DNA of 64,000 nucleotides from an uncultured Bacillota bacterium (GCA_946495675.1 CAMMDQ010000003.1:453-64452); one strand, 5' to 3'. Shown: positions 1-10,764, counted from the first letter of the stretch. Program-made: numbers and translations. The notes: a model not told the origin generated them from the sequence alone.

Positions 1-2
1 TT

Positions 3-461
3 TTTAATTGTTGGTGCAGACTTGTAAACCTTTTAAATTCATCAACCGTTACAATCATAAATCCTGTTGTTGTGGTTTCAAATGCTGCTTTTGTGGCAAC
101 TGCTCAAACAATTGCTGCAGGCGGGAATTTGGTTGTTTCGCTTGCATCCAGCACTGGCACTACAATAACTACTGATGGTGCAGGGAATATCACTCTTCCA
201 ACAGGAAGGTATCTGATCACAAGCAGCATCAATGGCATTATTCCAACCAATGGTGTGGCAAGTTTTGCTCTCTATCAAAATGGAGTTCAGATTGCTTCTT
301 CAGTTTCACAAACAAGTGGAACAAGTGGTGCAAATTATACAACCACGATGAACGATGTTGTTGTAGTTTCAAATGGTAGTGATACTATTTCGTTAAGAAA
401 TACTAATACTGTTGCTCAAACAATCAACAATGCATCAATATTTATACAAAAATTGTCTTAA
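3..461 (+). CDS. hypothetical protein, probably 5'-truncated by the window edge; T/S/N/G-rich beta-type C-terminal domain (BclA/C1q-like by composition only)
   Basis: Track ORF 72..461. The same frame stays open back to nt 3, so the start is likely upstream of the window. No catalytic motif recognised. Confidence 0.4.
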   Translation, partial: FNCWCRLVNLLNSSTVTIINPVVVVSNAAFVATAQTIAAGGNLVVSLASSTGTTITTDGAGNITLPTGRYLITSSINGIIPTNGVASFALYQNGVQIASSVSQTSGTSGANYTTTMNDVVVVSNGSDTISLRNTNTVAQTINNASIFIQKLS

Positions 462-551
462 ACTCTTTCCGCTCTTTAAGAGCGGGAATACATAAAAAAT
501 CACATTTTCACGCATTTAAGACTATGATATATTAAACACATTAAGAGGAAT

Positions 552-1334
552 TTGTTGGTGGGAAGCATTGAAATCACAATTATAGGTACAATTTTTATTT
601 TTTTTATGACTTGTTTGGGTGCTAGCTTGGTTTTTTTATTTAAGAAAGAGGTCAGCCAAAAAATTTATTCTCTGTTTTTGGGCTTTGCATCAGGGCTTAT
701 GGTTGCAGCGTCAATATGGTCTCTTATCATTCCTGCAATAGAGCGTTCTGCAGATTTTGGCAATTTCAGTTTTGTTCCTGCAAGTGTTGGAATAATTTTG
801 GGTGTTGGTTTTCTTATTTTGTTGGATGTGTTTTTGCCAAAAATTTTAAATCGCAAAAACAACAAAGGAAAAACTTTGACCAAATCTTCAAAATTATTTT
901 TGGCAGTAACTTTGCACAACATTCCAGAAGGATTGGCTGTTGGGCTTGCTTATGGCAGTGCATTTTTGATTGGTGGAAACGCATTTTATAGCGCGTTGAT
1001 GCTTGCTGTAGGCATTGGAGTGCAAAATTTTCCTGAAGGAACAGCCCTTGCTCTTCCGTTAAAGGAGGAATTTAAAAGCAAGAAAAAGGCATTTTTTATG
1101 ACCTGCCTTAGCGGAGCGGTAGAGCCTTTAATGGTGGTTGTTGGCATTTTTCTGTCCACCACAATTGAAAGCTTGATGCCTTGGTTTTTGAGCTTTTCTG
1201 CTGGTGCAATGCTTTATGTGGTTTGTGAAGAACTTTTGCCAGATTCCCAAATTGCGTCAAAAAATCATATTGGCACCTGGGGTTTTATTATTGGTTTTGT
1301 GATTATGATGATTTTTGATGTTGCACTTGCTTAA
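552..1334 (+). CDS. zupT: ZIP-family divalent metal (zinc) transporter
   Basis: Multi-TM protein of 260 aa with HNIPEGLAVG and QNFPEG motifs typical of ZupT/ZIP transporters. The exact start (TTG/GTG cluster at 552-558) is uncertain. Confidence 0.75.
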   Translation: MLVGSIEITIIGTIFIFFMTCLGASLVFLFKKEVSQKIYSLFLGFASGLMVAASIWSLIIPAIERSADFGNFSFVPASVGIILGVGFLILLDVFLPKILNRKNNKGKTLTKSSKLFLAVTLHNIPEGLAVGLAYGSAFLIGGNAFYSALMLAVGIGVQNFPEGTALALPLKEEFKSKKKAFFMTCLSGAVEPLMVVVGIFLSTTIESLMPWFLSFSAGAMLYVVCEELLPDSQIASKNHIGTWGFIIGFVIMMIFDVALA

Positions 1335-1379
1335 AAAATTTTAAAATGCAAATGATAAAACAAAAATTTTGGAGGCAAA

Positions 1380-1580
1380 ATGGCATATTATAATTATCAT
1401 GGCATTGCTAAAAAACTTATATTTGACGGGCAGCTTGAAGGATATGAATTTTGTGAAGATTACCACGGAATAAAACCTGCTCTTGTGCTTTATTTTAAAA
1501 ATCACAGGCCGATTCCAATTCGCTCATATCGCTGGGAAGAATACATCCCTTTTATTATAAACTTGGAAGACAAACCTTAA
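1380..1580 (+). CDS. small conserved hypothetical protein (66 aa)
   Basis: ATG preceded by GGAGG. No motif recognised. Confidence 0.5.
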   Translation: MAYYNYHGIAKKLIFDGQLEGYEFCEDYHGIKPALVLYFKNHRPIPIRSYRWEEYIPFIINLEDKP

Positions 1581-1636
1581 TGTGTTTAAACTAAAAGTTT
1601 ATTGACAGCAAGGGAAAAATATGTTAATCTTTTGCT

Positions 1637-2887
1637 ATGCAAGAAAAACAAAAGATGACTCTTCGTAGCAACAAAATAATGGCACTATTTCGAATGTTTT
1701 CATGGGACCTTCTCTTTTTTTATTCTTTTAGTGTGCTTTTTTTGACGCAAGTTAAAGGCTTTTCAGAAGCTGAAATAATGTATACAAGCGCAGTGGTTTC
1801 CCTTGTCCCAATTTTGCTTCAATATCCTTTTAATATTATTGCGAAAAAAATCGGACCTTTAAAATCCGTTAGGCTTGGGAGCTTTTGCTTATTTGCTTTT
1901 ACCATCGGTATATTGTTATATGATAACATTGTTTTGTTGTATATAAATTATTGTCTGCAAGCGATCGGCTCAATTTTTCTTGCGCCAAACATATCTGTGC
2001 TCGCAATAAAAAATTTAAAGGTTGAAGGCAAGGATTCGGAATTTTCTAAAATTGAAGGACAGGGAGCTAGTTTATATTATATATTCAATGCCGTTGCATC
2101 GATTGGTCTTGGCTATCTTTTTGATGTAAATCCCTATCTTACAATGTCATTTTCAGTCATTGCTTCTGCAATTTGTTTGCTGCTAGCATTTATCTTAAGA
2201 GATGAGTCAGCGGAGGCATGTTTGGTGCTTGAAAATGTAAAACCGCAACAAGAAAAGATAAAAAAATCGAAAAAACGAAGGTCGATTTCTTTGCCTGTTC
2301 TATATGTTTTATGCATGGCTTTTTGTTTTTATGGACTTCTTATGGTTGAAAGCAAAGTTGACCAATTGCTGTTTCAAGAAGTTTTGTTTGATGCAGTTAT
2401 TATTGGTTGGGTTAATTTTGGTATTTCTATTACCAAAAGCATTGCGGGGGAAATCTTTAAGTTTTTCAAAGGGCATGCTAAAATATTTATAACTTTTATG
2501 CCAATATGCTATTTGTCTATTTTACTTGTGCTGGCTCTTATTTTTATCTTTGTTCAAGACCTATTGGTTTTACAGATTTTAGTTGTTGCGGTTTGCTGTC
2601 TACTCCCTTTTTTCAACATTCCATTTAAGGTGGGAACAAAAGATTTTATTAGGCAAAATGTGGAAGAAGCAGCACAAATGAATGCTTTTTCAGCTCTTTT
2701 TATCGTAAGAAACGGCAGCCAATTAATTTTTAGTTTCACAATCGGTTCACTTTTGACTGGCATGAGCATCTCTTCAAGTTTGCTTTACATCGTTTTTCTA
2801 AGCGGCGGACTTTTTGCCCTATCACAACTGATATATTTTATTGTGAAAAGAGTGAAAGAAAAGAAAATTTCTGTATTTTTACGTTGA
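1637..2887 (+). CDS. MFS-like polytopic membrane transporter
   Basis: 416 aa with about 12 hydrophobic segments and a central charged loop (KKSKKRR). Architecture only. Confidence 0.55.
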   Translation: MQEKQKMTLRSNKIMALFRMFSWDLLFFYSFSVLFLTQVKGFSEAEIMYTSAVVSLVPILLQYPFNIIAKKIGPLKSVRLGSFCLFAFTIGILLYDNIVLLYINYCLQAIGSIFLAPNISVLAIKNLKVEGKDSEFSKIEGQGASLYYIFNAVASIGLGYLFDVNPYLTMSFSVIASAICLLLAFILRDESAEACLVLENVKPQQEKIKKSKKRRSISLPVLYVLCMAFCFYGLLMVESKVDQLLFQEVLFDAVIIGWVNFGISITKSIAGEIFKFFKGHAKIFITFMPICYLSILLVLALIFIFVQDLLVLQILVVAVCCLLPFFNIPFKVGTKDFIRQNVEEAAQMNAFSALFIVRNGSQLIFSFTIGSLLTGMSISSSLLYIVFLSGGLFALSQLIYFIVKRVKEKKISVFLR

Positions 2888-2950
2888 TAATTTAAAAATC
2901 GTTTGGCATAATAAAAAAAATTGGAGTATAATTAAAACAAGGAGGTAAGT

Positions 2951-3256
2951 ATGGCAAACAAATCTTCAAAAAGCACAACAAAAAAATCTTCTACAGTTTG
3001 GAGCTTGAATAAAGTTTCTATGTGGATTTTGGTTGCGGCAGCATTGCTCTATGTGATTGCAATGATTTTAAGTCTTGTAAATGTGGATTTTGTAGTGGTA
3101 ACTGCTCTGCAAAACATTGCAATGGCTGTTATGGTTGTGATCGTTTCAATTCTTGCTTGGCGTTATGTTCGCAACAAAGAAATGGTCTGGAAAGTTCTTT
3201 ATGTGCTTTGCTTGCTGCTTGTTGTTGCAGGTATAATCGTTCCATTATGCGTATAA
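2951..3256 (+). CDS. small membrane protein (101 aa)
   Basis: AGGAGG RBS, basic N-terminus and three hydrophobic helices. Followed by a hairpin plus T-run. Confidence 0.55.
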   Translation: MANKSSKSTTKKSSTVWSLNKVSMWILVAAALLYVIAMILSLVNVDFVVVTALQNIAMAVMVVIVSILAWRYVRNKEMVWKVLYVLCLLLVVAGIIVPLCV

Positions 3257-3257
3257 A

Positions 3258-3280
3258 AATCCTTGAATAAGGATTTTTTT
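3258..3280 (+). terminator. intrinsic terminator
   Basis: aaatcctt-gaat-aaggattt stem-loop followed by a T7 run. Confidence 0.7.
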
Positions 3281-3326
3281 ATTTGTCTTTTTTAACTGAA
3301 ACGTTGACTTTGACATATATATTTGT

Positions 3327-4367
3327 ATGTTCAATCAAATTATTTTAAATAAATCAAATCTTTTACATAACTTATATTATCTTGAAAATTATCTTCAAGA
3401 TAGAAAAATATGTGTTATGGTCAAAGCAAACGCTTATGGTCATGGCATGGCAGAAATTGCAAAATGTTTGCAGCAGGAAAATGTCAGCTATGGCGTTTCA
3501 AATGAAGAAGAAGCTTTAAGTCTGCGAAAGATAACTGACAAGCAAATAATAGTTTTTGGGGCATGCATAAATTATCAAGAACTGATGAAAAATGATATAG
3601 ATTTTGCTGTTTTTTCCTTTCAAATGGTCAAAAATATATGCAAAATTGCAAAAAAATTTAATCTTCAGCCTAAAATGCATTTGTGTTTAAACACGGGGAT
3701 GAATCGTTATGGGGTCAATGACAGAAATGAATTTTTGAAAGTGATAAATTTTTTAGTAAAACAAAAACTAGAGCTTGCTGGGATTTATACCCATTTTTCT
3801 TCGCTGACAACGGATGAGAATTATACAGAAAGGCAAAAGAGACTGTTTTATGAATTTTGTTATTGTCTGCCAAAAGATTGGCGAACAATCACGCATGTTG
3901 GCGGAGGGAAGACCGTTTTTAAAGATATTGATGCAAAAATGTTTCGCACAGGAATTGAAATATATGGTTATGGTGATGAGAATTTGCGACCGGTAATGTC
4001 TGTCAAAAGTAAAATTGTTGACACTGTAAATGTGAAAGCAGGCGAGCATATAGGTTATTTATGTGGCTATACTGCACAAAAAGATATGTTGGTTGGAGCA
4101 GTGCCCCTTGGATATGCTGATGGCTTGCCGAGAAAACTTTCAAACAAACTTACCATTTTATACAAGGGTAAACTTCTTCAAAATGTTGGAAATATTTGCA
4201 TGGATTGCTTTATGGTGAATTTGGATAAAACAAAAGCAAAGACAGGAGATGAGATTTTAATCATGGATAATGCTTGTTCACTTGCAAAAATTTTAGGCAC
4301 AACTGAGTATGAGGTTTTGACGAATTTTGGACATTTTAGAGGCGAGCGAAGGATTGTAGAAAGCTAA
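3327..4367 (+). CDS. alr: alanine racemase
   Basis: PLP-lysine motif VMVKANAYGHG near the N-terminus. Length of 346 aa and a C-terminal beta-domain pattern (GYADG) also fit. Confidence 0.85.
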   Translation: MFNQIILNKSNLLHNLYYLENYLQDRKICVMVKANAYGHGMAEIAKCLQQENVSYGVSNEEEALSLRKITDKQIIVFGACINYQELMKNDIDFAVFSFQMVKNICKIAKKFNLQPKMHLCLNTGMNRYGVNDRNEFLKVINFLVKQKLELAGIYTHFSSLTTDENYTERQKRLFYEFCYCLPKDWRTITHVGGGKTVFKDIDAKMFRTGIEIYGYGDENLRPVMSVKSKIVDTVNVKAGEHIGYLCGYTAQKDMLVGAVPLGYADGLPRKLSNKLTILYKGKLLQNVGNICMDCFMVNLDKTKAKTGDEILIMDNACSLAKILGTTEYEVLTNFGHFRGERRIVES

Positions 4368-4429
4368 AAATTCTTTACAAGTTTCTATTTTTATGCTATA
4401 ATCAAAATATAAGCATAAAAGGGGAACTT

Positions 4430-4960
4430 ATGGAAAAAAGAAATAATTATTTTTATGCTTCGGCTATATTAACTATTATTCTTGCCAGCATAGAAATTTT
4501 GGCGGCAATAATTGCAATTAGCATTTTTTATTCGATGAAAGAATCAATTATTGCAGGATTAAACGATCCGACCAGAATTGATTTTATTCAAGGCGCTATT
4601 GTTACCGCAACGGTGATTTCTATGGTTATTGGTGTGTTGACTATTGTGGTGGGGTGCTTTTTCTTTAGTTTTTCAAAATATAACCAACAACAAATCAATG
4701 ACCGCACAGCCTTTATTGTGATTATGATAATTTTGCAAATTGTTTTTGGCGGTCTTATCGCTTGCGCAATTTCAGTTGCAGGCATTATCTCGGGCAGAGA
4801 AGGAGAAATGGCGAAGATAAATTATGATAAAGCCTATCAAGATTCTGTTGAAGACCGATTGAAAAAACTTAAAAATTTACATGATGAAAAGTTGATTGAT
4901 GAAGAAGAATATAAAAAGCTGCGCAATCAAATTTTGGACGAGATAGGGCAGCAAGATTAA
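4430..4960 (+). CDS. membrane protein with C-terminal SHOCT-like motif
   Basis: Three to four TM helices, then LKKLKNLHDEKLIDEEEYKKLRNQIL, which is a SHOCT-type short C-terminal helix pair. Confidence 0.55.
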   Translation: MEKRNNYFYASAILTIILASIEILAAIIAISIFYSMKESIIAGLNDPTRIDFIQGAIVTATVISMVIGVLTIVVGCFFFSFSKYNQQQINDRTAFIVIMIILQIVFGGLIACAISVAGIISGREGEMAKINYDKAYQDSVEDRLKKLKNLHDEKLIDEEEYKKLRNQILDEIGQQD

Positions 4961-5027
4961 TTTCACAAAATTGTTTACAAATTTGTTTTTTTGTGTTATA
5001 ATACTATAGATTTTTGAGGTGATTGTT

Positions 5028-5234
5028 ATGATGATTGATCCATCTATTGATGAACTTTTAAAGAAAACAGACGGAAACAGATATGTGCTTTGCACTCTTA
5101 TTGCAAAAAGAGCAAAAGAAATTGAATCAATCACAAGATTGGAGTTTGCAGATCAAGAGAAAAAGGCGATCTCTCTTGCATGCGATGAGATTGCAAAAGG
5201 CAAAGTTCGTCCAAGCAATATTTCGGCTTCTTAA
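5028..5234 (+). CDS. rpoZ: DNA-directed RNA polymerase subunit omega
   Basis: MMIDPSIDELLKKTDGNRYVLCTLIAKRAKEI matches the RpoZ N-terminal signature. GAGG RBS 8 nt upstream and an extended -10 promoter (TTTACA-17-TGtTATAAT at 4974..5002). Confidence 0.85.
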   Translation: MMIDPSIDELLKKTDGNRYVLCTLIAKRAKEIESITRLEFADQEKKAISLACDEIAKGKVRPSNISAS

Positions 5235-5308
5235 TTTATTGAAAAAAAATAAGTTTTATGCTATAATTCTATTGTAACTTTGTTTTCAAAATTGCAATAG
5301 GATTTTTT

Positions 5309-7480
5309 ATGTTCGCAAAAGTTATCATAGACCAGGAAGTTAAAGCTATCAACCAAATTTTTGAATATAGCGTGCCAGAAAAATTAACTCTTCAAGTTGG
5401 CATGCGTGTTTTTGTGCCGTTTGGAAAAAGAATTCTTCAGGGGTATGTGGTTGGATTAAGTGAAACTTGTTCTTATGATAAAACAAAACTTAAGTCGGTT
5501 ATATCTTCGCTTGAAGATTTCTGTGCAATCAAACCAGAGATGTTACAACTTATGAATTTCATGGCAAAGAAAAATCATCTAACAATGGCATCAACACTTA
5601 GGCTTTTTTTGCCAAGCGAGATGCGAGAGGGTAAGGTTCGTGAAATTTATGAAACATTTTATTCTCTTGCTGACAAAAGCTTTGAGCCCAAGAAAAATGC
5701 TCAAAAACAGGCTGCGTTACTGGAATTTTTAAAGGAAAGAGACAGATGCAGTTCTATCGAACTTGGCAACCGTTTTGGTTACGCTACAATAAAATCTTTG
5801 CTTGAAAAAGGTGCTATAACAAAACAAAAAGAAAAGATTGAACGAAAGCCTTTGGTTTTACCAAAGCAAGATAAAAAAGTTGAACTTAACATCATGCAGA
5901 AGAGGGCGATTGAAACAATAAATGGTCAAAATGTTTTTCTTCTTCATGGCGTAACGGGCAGTGGTAAAACTGAAGTTTATATGCATCTTATTGAAAGGGA
6001 ACTTTCTAGAGGGAAAAATGCTCTTTTATTGGTTCCCGAAATTTCTCTTACACCGCAGATTATGTCAAATTTTAAAGCTCGCTTTGGCGACTTTGTTGCA
6101 ATGCTGCATAGCGGACTATCGGCTGGCGAGCGTTTTGATGAGTGGAAACGAATTTTCTCAGGTCAAGCTCGTATTGTTGTGGGGGCTCGCTCTGCAGTGT
6201 TCGCACCTGTTGAAAACTTGGGGATAATCATCATTGATGAAGAGCATGAGCAAAGCTATATTTCTGAGTCGAATCCCAGATATTTCACTCACGATATTGC
6301 AGCCTTCAGAGCTTCTTACAATCATTGTCCACTTGTGCTGGGCAGTGCGACACCGTCAGTAGACAGTTATCAGAAGGTTGTTGATGGGCAGTATCAGCTT
6401 GTTGAATTGCCAACCAGAGCCAATGGCAAGGAACTTCCAGCCATTCAAATTGTTGATATGATTGGCGAGATTCGCAGGGGGAACAACGGCATCTTTTCAG
6501 CACAGCTTATTGCAGATTTAGGGCAGGTGGTTGCAAACAAAAAACAGGCCATGATGTTTATCAATCGCCGTGGATATAGCTCATTTATGCGATGCCGAGA
6601 TTGCGGTTATGTTGCAACATGTTCAGATTGTGATGTGAGTCTTGTTTATCATCGTGAAGATAACAGATTGAAATGCCATTATTGCGGCAAACAGTTTAAA
6701 GTGCTGACTCATTGCCCAAACTGCAAAAGTGACAACATAAAATACGGGGCTGTGGGCACCGAACAAGTTGTAGCAAAGTTAAAAGAGCTTTTTCCTCAAG
6801 TGAAAATTTTGCGTATGGATAACGACACAACTTCAACAAAAAATTCGCACCAAAAGATTTTAAGTGAATTTAAAAATTCTTTGCCTGCAATACTTGTCGG
6901 CACGCAAATGATTGCAAAAGGGCATGATTTTGAAAATGTGACTTTGGTTGGGATTGTTGACGCAGATCAAAGTTTGTTTCAAGCGGATTATCGAAGCACC
7001 GAGCGGACTTTTCAGCTTATCACGCAGGTTGCTGGCAGAGCTGGTCGAAGTAAAGATGAAGGGAAGGTCGTTTTGCAAACCTATGCACCTCGGCATTATG
7101 TTTATAAATTTGCTTCCAATTATGATTACAAAGGATTTTTTAAAAAAGAAGCAAATATAAGGCAAACAGCTTGCTTTCCGCCGTTTAGTCGTATTATTCG
7201 ATTGCTTATTTCTGATAATGATGAAAATTATGCACGCGAACTTTTAAAAATATGTTATACTGAAATTGAAAAGCTTAAAGATACATATCAAAATCAAATC
7301 TTGTATTTAGATGCGATGAAAGCACCTATTAAAAAAATTCAAAACAAGTTTAGGTATCAAATCTTGCTCCGAGTAAAGCTTGAGCAAGCTGATCAAATTG
7401 AAGAACTAGTTTTTGATATAGCAAACAAAATTGTCAAAAACAATGTGTTTTTGGAAATAAATCCTACAAATATGTCTTAA
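5309..7480 (+). CDS. priA: primosomal protein N' (replication restart helicase)
   Basis: Walker A GVTGSGKTEVY, DEEH box, Cys4-Cys4 zinc-finger region CRDCGYVATCSDCDVSLVYH...CHYCG...CPNC. 723 aa. Confidence 0.95.
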   Translation: MFAKVIIDQEVKAINQIFEYSVPEKLTLQVGMRVFVPFGKRILQGYVVGLSETCSYDKTKLKSVISSLEDFCAIKPEMLQLMNFMAKKNHLTMASTLRLFLPSEMREGKVREIYETFYSLADKSFEPKKNAQKQAALLEFLKERDRCSSIELGNRFGYATIKSLLEKGAITKQKEKIERKPLVLPKQDKKVELNIMQKRAIETINGQNVFLLHGVTGSGKTEVYMHLIERELSRGKNALLLVPEISLTPQIMSNFKARFGDFVAMLHSGLSAGERFDEWKRIFSGQARIVVGARSAVFAPVENLGIIIIDEEHEQSYISESNPRYFTHDIAAFRASYNHCPLVLGSATPSVDSYQKVVDGQYQLVELPTRANGKELPAIQIVDMIGEIRRGNNGIFSAQLIADLGQVVANKKQAMMFINRRGYSSFMRCRDCGYVATCSDCDVSLVYHREDNRLKCHYCGKQFKVLTHCPNCKSDNIKYGAVGTEQVVAKLKELFPQVKILRMDNDTTSTKNSHQKILSEFKNSLPAILVGTQMIAKGHDFENVTLVGIVDADQSLFQADYRSTERTFQLITQVAGRAGRSKDEGKVVLQTYAPRHYVYKFASNYDYKGFFKKEANIRQTACFPPFSRIIRLLISDNDENYARELLKICYTEIEKLKDTYQNQILYLDAMKAPIKKIQNKFRYQILLRVKLEQADQIEELVFDIANKIVKNNVFLEINPTNMS

Positions 7481-7492
7481 AAGGAGAGAATT

Positions 7493-7966
7493 ATGGCAAC
7501 GAGAAAAGTTGTATTGGTTGGAGATGAAATTTTAAGAAAAAAATCAAAACCTGTAAAAGATTTTGATGAAGACTTATGGCAACTTCTTGATGACATGAAG
7601 AGCACGATGTATGCAAATGATGGTATGGGGCTTGCAGCACCGCAAGTGGGAGTGCTAAGGCGAGCCATCGTCATCGATGTCAACAATATGTTTGTTGAAC
7701 TTATAAACCCAGAAATAACCCTACAAGAAGGCAAAGATGTTGAAAAAGAGGGGTGCCTTTCTGTTGGCTCCTTCAGGGGCCGAGTGGAAAGACCTTACAA
7801 AATCACAGTCAAAGCTCAAGACCGCTTTGGCTACCCATTCACTTTGACGGGCGAAAAGTGGCTGGCAAGATGTGTTTGTCATGAGATTGACCACTTAAAC
7901 GGGATTTTGTTTGTTGATAAATGTCTTGATAAACAACAATATTTAAAGCAAGGCGGGAAAATATGA
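7493..7966 (+). CDS. def: peptide deformylase
   Basis: Three signature motifs are present: GMGLAAPQVG, EGCLS and HEIDHLNG. Confidence 0.95.
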   Translation: MATRKVVLVGDEILRKKSKPVKDFDEDLWQLLDDMKSTMYANDGMGLAAPQVGVLRRAIVIDVNNMFVELINPEITLQEGKDVEKEGCLSVGSFRGRVERPYKITVKAQDRFGYPFTLTGEKWLARCVCHEIDHLNGILFVDKCLDKQQYLKQGGKI

Positions 7967-8883
7967 AAGTTTTGTTTTTAGGATCCTCTCATTTTTCGAA
8001 AATAGTTTTGCAGTCCATGCTTGAACAAAAAGTGAAAGTTGTTGCAGTGATAACTGCTCCTGATAAAGAAATGGGCAGGGGGCATAAATTGCAGGCAAAT
8101 GAAGTCAAAACTTTTGCTTTAAAAAATGGCATAGATGTTTTTTGCTCATCTAGTGTAAAAAATGATCTTGAAAAAATAAAAGAGATTTCATTTGACCTTT
8201 CAGTTGTTGCTTCATTTGGGCAGATTTTGCCAAAAGAATTTTTAGATTATAAACTCTGTCTTAATGTTCATCCATCAGCACTACCCAAATATCGTGGAGC
8301 ATCACCCATTCAAAATGCAATCTTAAATGGCGATCGTCAAACCGCAGTTACAATTATGAAGGTTGGATTAAAAGTGGATTCTGGAGACATCGCACTGCAG
8401 CAAAAGGTGGAAATTTTGCCAGATGAGATGTATAACTCTCTCGAAGAAAAACTTGCGATAAAGGGTGGTGTGATGATAGCTCAAGCAGTCAAGCTTTTAA
8501 AACAAAACAAGCTTTATTTTTCGCCGCAAATTGAACAAGAGGCAACATATGTAAAAAAGTTTAACAAAGATGATGGATTGTTAGATTTTTCAAAAACACA
8601 AGAAAATATTTTTAATCAAGTAAGAGCTTTAAGTGAAAATCTTGGCACATTTTTTTACTTAAAAGATCAAAAAATTAAGGTTTTTGCTGTCAAAAAGAGT
8701 GATGAGAAAATAGCAATAAATCAAATTGCAAATGATAAAAACCATTTTTTGATTGGATGCAAAGATGGGGCAATAGAAATATTAAATTGTCTGTCTCCCT
8801 CTGGCAAAAAACTGAATGGGAAAGATTTTTTGAATGGCTTTAAACCTCAAGGGGAGTTTGTGAATGAATTTTGCCGATCTTAG
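7963..8883 (+). CDS. fmt: methionyl-tRNA formyltransferase
   Basis: ATGA overlap with def. Formyltransferase core (HPSALPKYRGASPIQ) and a C-terminal domain. Conserved def-fmt synteny. Confidence 0.9.
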   Translation: MKVLFLGSSHFSKIVLQSMLEQKVKVVAVITAPDKEMGRGHKLQANEVKTFALKNGIDVFCSSSVKNDLEKIKEISFDLSVVASFGQILPKEFLDYKLCLNVHPSALPKYRGASPIQNAILNGDRQTAVTIMKVGLKVDSGDIALQQKVEILPDEMYNSLEEKLAIKGGVMIAQAVKLLKQNKLYFSPQIEQEATYVKKFNKDDGLLDFSKTQENIFNQVRALSENLGTFFYLKDQKIKVFAVKKSDEKIAINQIANDKNHFLIGCKDGAIEILNCLSPSGKKLNGKDFLNGFKPQGEFVNEFCRS

Positions 8884-9889
8884 CCAAAAAGAGCTCTGTC
8901 AACAGATGGAAATTTTAGGTTTGCCAAAATTTCGTGGCAAACAACTTTATGATGCAATCATAAATGCACAAGAGCTTGATGAAATTTCTGTTTTCTCAAA
9001 GGAGTTAAAGCAAAATTTTAAAAAAAATTATCCTAAATATAAAATTTTTAAAAAATTCGAAGCAAAAGATGGCACAAAAAAATATCTTATTCAATTTGAT
9101 GATGAAAGCATTGTAGAGTGCGTTTTAATGAAATACAAGTATGGCAACACAGTCTGTTTATCAACTCAAGTTGGATGCAGAATGGGGTGCGAATTTTGCG
9201 CTTCCACTTTGCAAGGATTAAAAAGAAATTTGTCGGCAGGAGAAATTTTGGGACAATTATATCTTGTCAACCGAGATAATGGTGGGAACAAAAAAGATAG
9301 AACGATCACCAATATAGTGCTTATGGGCAGTGGAGAACCTCTTGACAACTTTGAAAATGTTTGCAAATTTATTGAGCTTGTTTCAGCACCAGAAGGCATG
9401 AATATCAGCAGGCGTAACATTTCTCTTTCAACATGTGGGCTTGTTGATAAGATAAAAGAACTGGCAGATAAAGAATATGGTGTATCTTTAACAATTTCTC
9501 TTCACGCAACCACCGATGAAGAGCGCAAAAAGCTTATGCCAATTGCAAACAAATGGTCAATAGCTGAAATTTTGGAGGCATGCGACTATTATTTTCAAAA
9601 AACTGGTCGGAGATTTTATATTGAATACACGCTTGTAAAAGGGGTTAACGACAGCGAAGAAGATGCAACTAAGCTTTCCAAATTATTAAAAGGCAAAGTC
9701 TGTCATGTTAATTTGATTTTATTGAATCCTGTCAAAGAGAGAAACTTAAAAAGCACTGCACGCTTGGAGGCTGAAAAATTTTGCGAATTGTTAAAGAATG
9801 GTGGTATTTCTGCAACCATAAGGCGAAGTTTGGGGCAGGAGATAGGTGGAGCTTGTGGGCAATTAAGAAATAAGTTTATAAGTGGGTGA
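8864..9889 (+). CDS. rlmN: 23S rRNA/tRNA (adenine-C2)-methyltransferase, radical SAM
   Basis: Radical-SAM CRMGCEFCAS motif, a C-terminal GGACGQL motif, and an N-terminal PKFRGKQLYDAI motif. Confidence 0.9.
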   Translation: MNFADLSQKELCQQMEILGLPKFRGKQLYDAIINAQELDEISVFSKELKQNFKKNYPKYKIFKKFEAKDGTKKYLIQFDDESIVECVLMKYKYGNTVCLSTQVGCRMGCEFCASTLQGLKRNLSAGEILGQLYLVNRDNGGNKKDRTITNIVLMGSGEPLDNFENVCKFIELVSAPEGMNISRRNISLSTCGLVDKIKELADKEYGVSLTISLHATTDEERKKLMPIANKWSIAEILEACDYYFQKTGRRFYIEYTLVKGVNDSEEDATKLSKLLKGKVCHVNLILLNPVKERNLKSTARLEAEKFCELLKNGGISATIRRSLGQEIGGACGQLRNKFISG

Positions 9890-10737
9890 AGATGGAAGGA
9901 TTGGTTATTAAAAAAAATGCAAATCTTTTTTCAGTTGAAGATTTTGATACAAAACAAATTGTCAAAATTCATGCCAGTGGAAAAACACAAGAAAGTGGCA
10001 TATTTGTTGGCGATAAGATTTTTTATGCAGATGTGATTGAAAAAGTTTTTGAGCGAAAGAATATTTTGATTAGACCGCCGCTAGCAAATTTAGATAAGCT
10101 TTTTATTGTGCTTGCACCATCGCCAAAGCCGGATTTTGTTTTAATTGACAAATTAATTGTATATTGTCAAGTTAAGGGTGTTCAACCTTTTCTGGTGGTT
10201 AATAAAATTGACAAAGCACCTCAAATGTTTGTAAAAAATATTAAAAAGATTTATAATAAAGTTGCACAATGCTTGTTTGTAAGTGCAAAAAACAATCAAA
10301 TTGAGCAGTTAAGTGAGCATATTGAAGGGATTTGTGCCTTTGCTGGACAAAGTGCGGTGGGCAAATCCTCACTCATAAATTGTCTTTTCTCGCAACAGCT
10401 TGCACAAGTTGGCAATCTTTCAAAAAAGATTGGTCGAGGTCGGCAAACAACAAGATTGGTTCAGCTTTTTTCTTATAACAAAGGCTATATTGCTGATACT
10501 GCAGGTTTCTCAATGCTAGATTTGTCTTTTGTAACAGAATTAGAACCTCGCGAGCTTTCTTCTTACTATCCAGATTTTTTAAAGGCAAGAGCTGAGTGTA
10601 AATATCGTTCCTGCCTGCATGAGTCTGGGGGAGATTGCGGTGTGATAAAGGCTGTTCAAAAAGGTCAAATAAGTGTTGAAAGATATCAAAACTACTTAAA
10701 AATTTTAAAGGAACTTAAAGATCGTAAGAAATATTAA
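9886..10737 (+). CDS. rsgA: ribosome small-subunit-dependent GTPase A
   Basis: Circularly permuted GTPase (VVNKID, then GQSAVGKSSLIN) with a C-terminal zinc knuckle CKYRSCLHESGGDCGV. The start could instead be the ATG at 9892. Confidence 0.9.
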   Translation: MKMEGLVIKKNANLFSVEDFDTKQIVKIHASGKTQESGIFVGDKIFYADVIEKVFERKNILIRPPLANLDKLFIVLAPSPKPDFVLIDKLIVYCQVKGVQPFLVVNKIDKAPQMFVKNIKKIYNKVAQCLFVSAKNNQIEQLSEHIEGICAFAGQSAVGKSSLINCLFSQQLAQVGNLSKKIGRGRQTTRLVQLFSYNKGYIADTAGFSMLDLSFVTELEPRELSSYYPDFLKARAECKYRSCLHESGGDCGVIKAVQKGQISVERYQNYLKILKELKDRKKY

Positions 10738-10764
10738 ATTTTAAAAGCGAACAAAAGGAGTAAA

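Noticed and set aside
466-492. Hairpin after the first ORF as an intrinsic terminator
   Set aside because: A 9-bp stem (with one G-T pair) exists, but it is not followed by a T-run on the plus strand. It was therefore not called.
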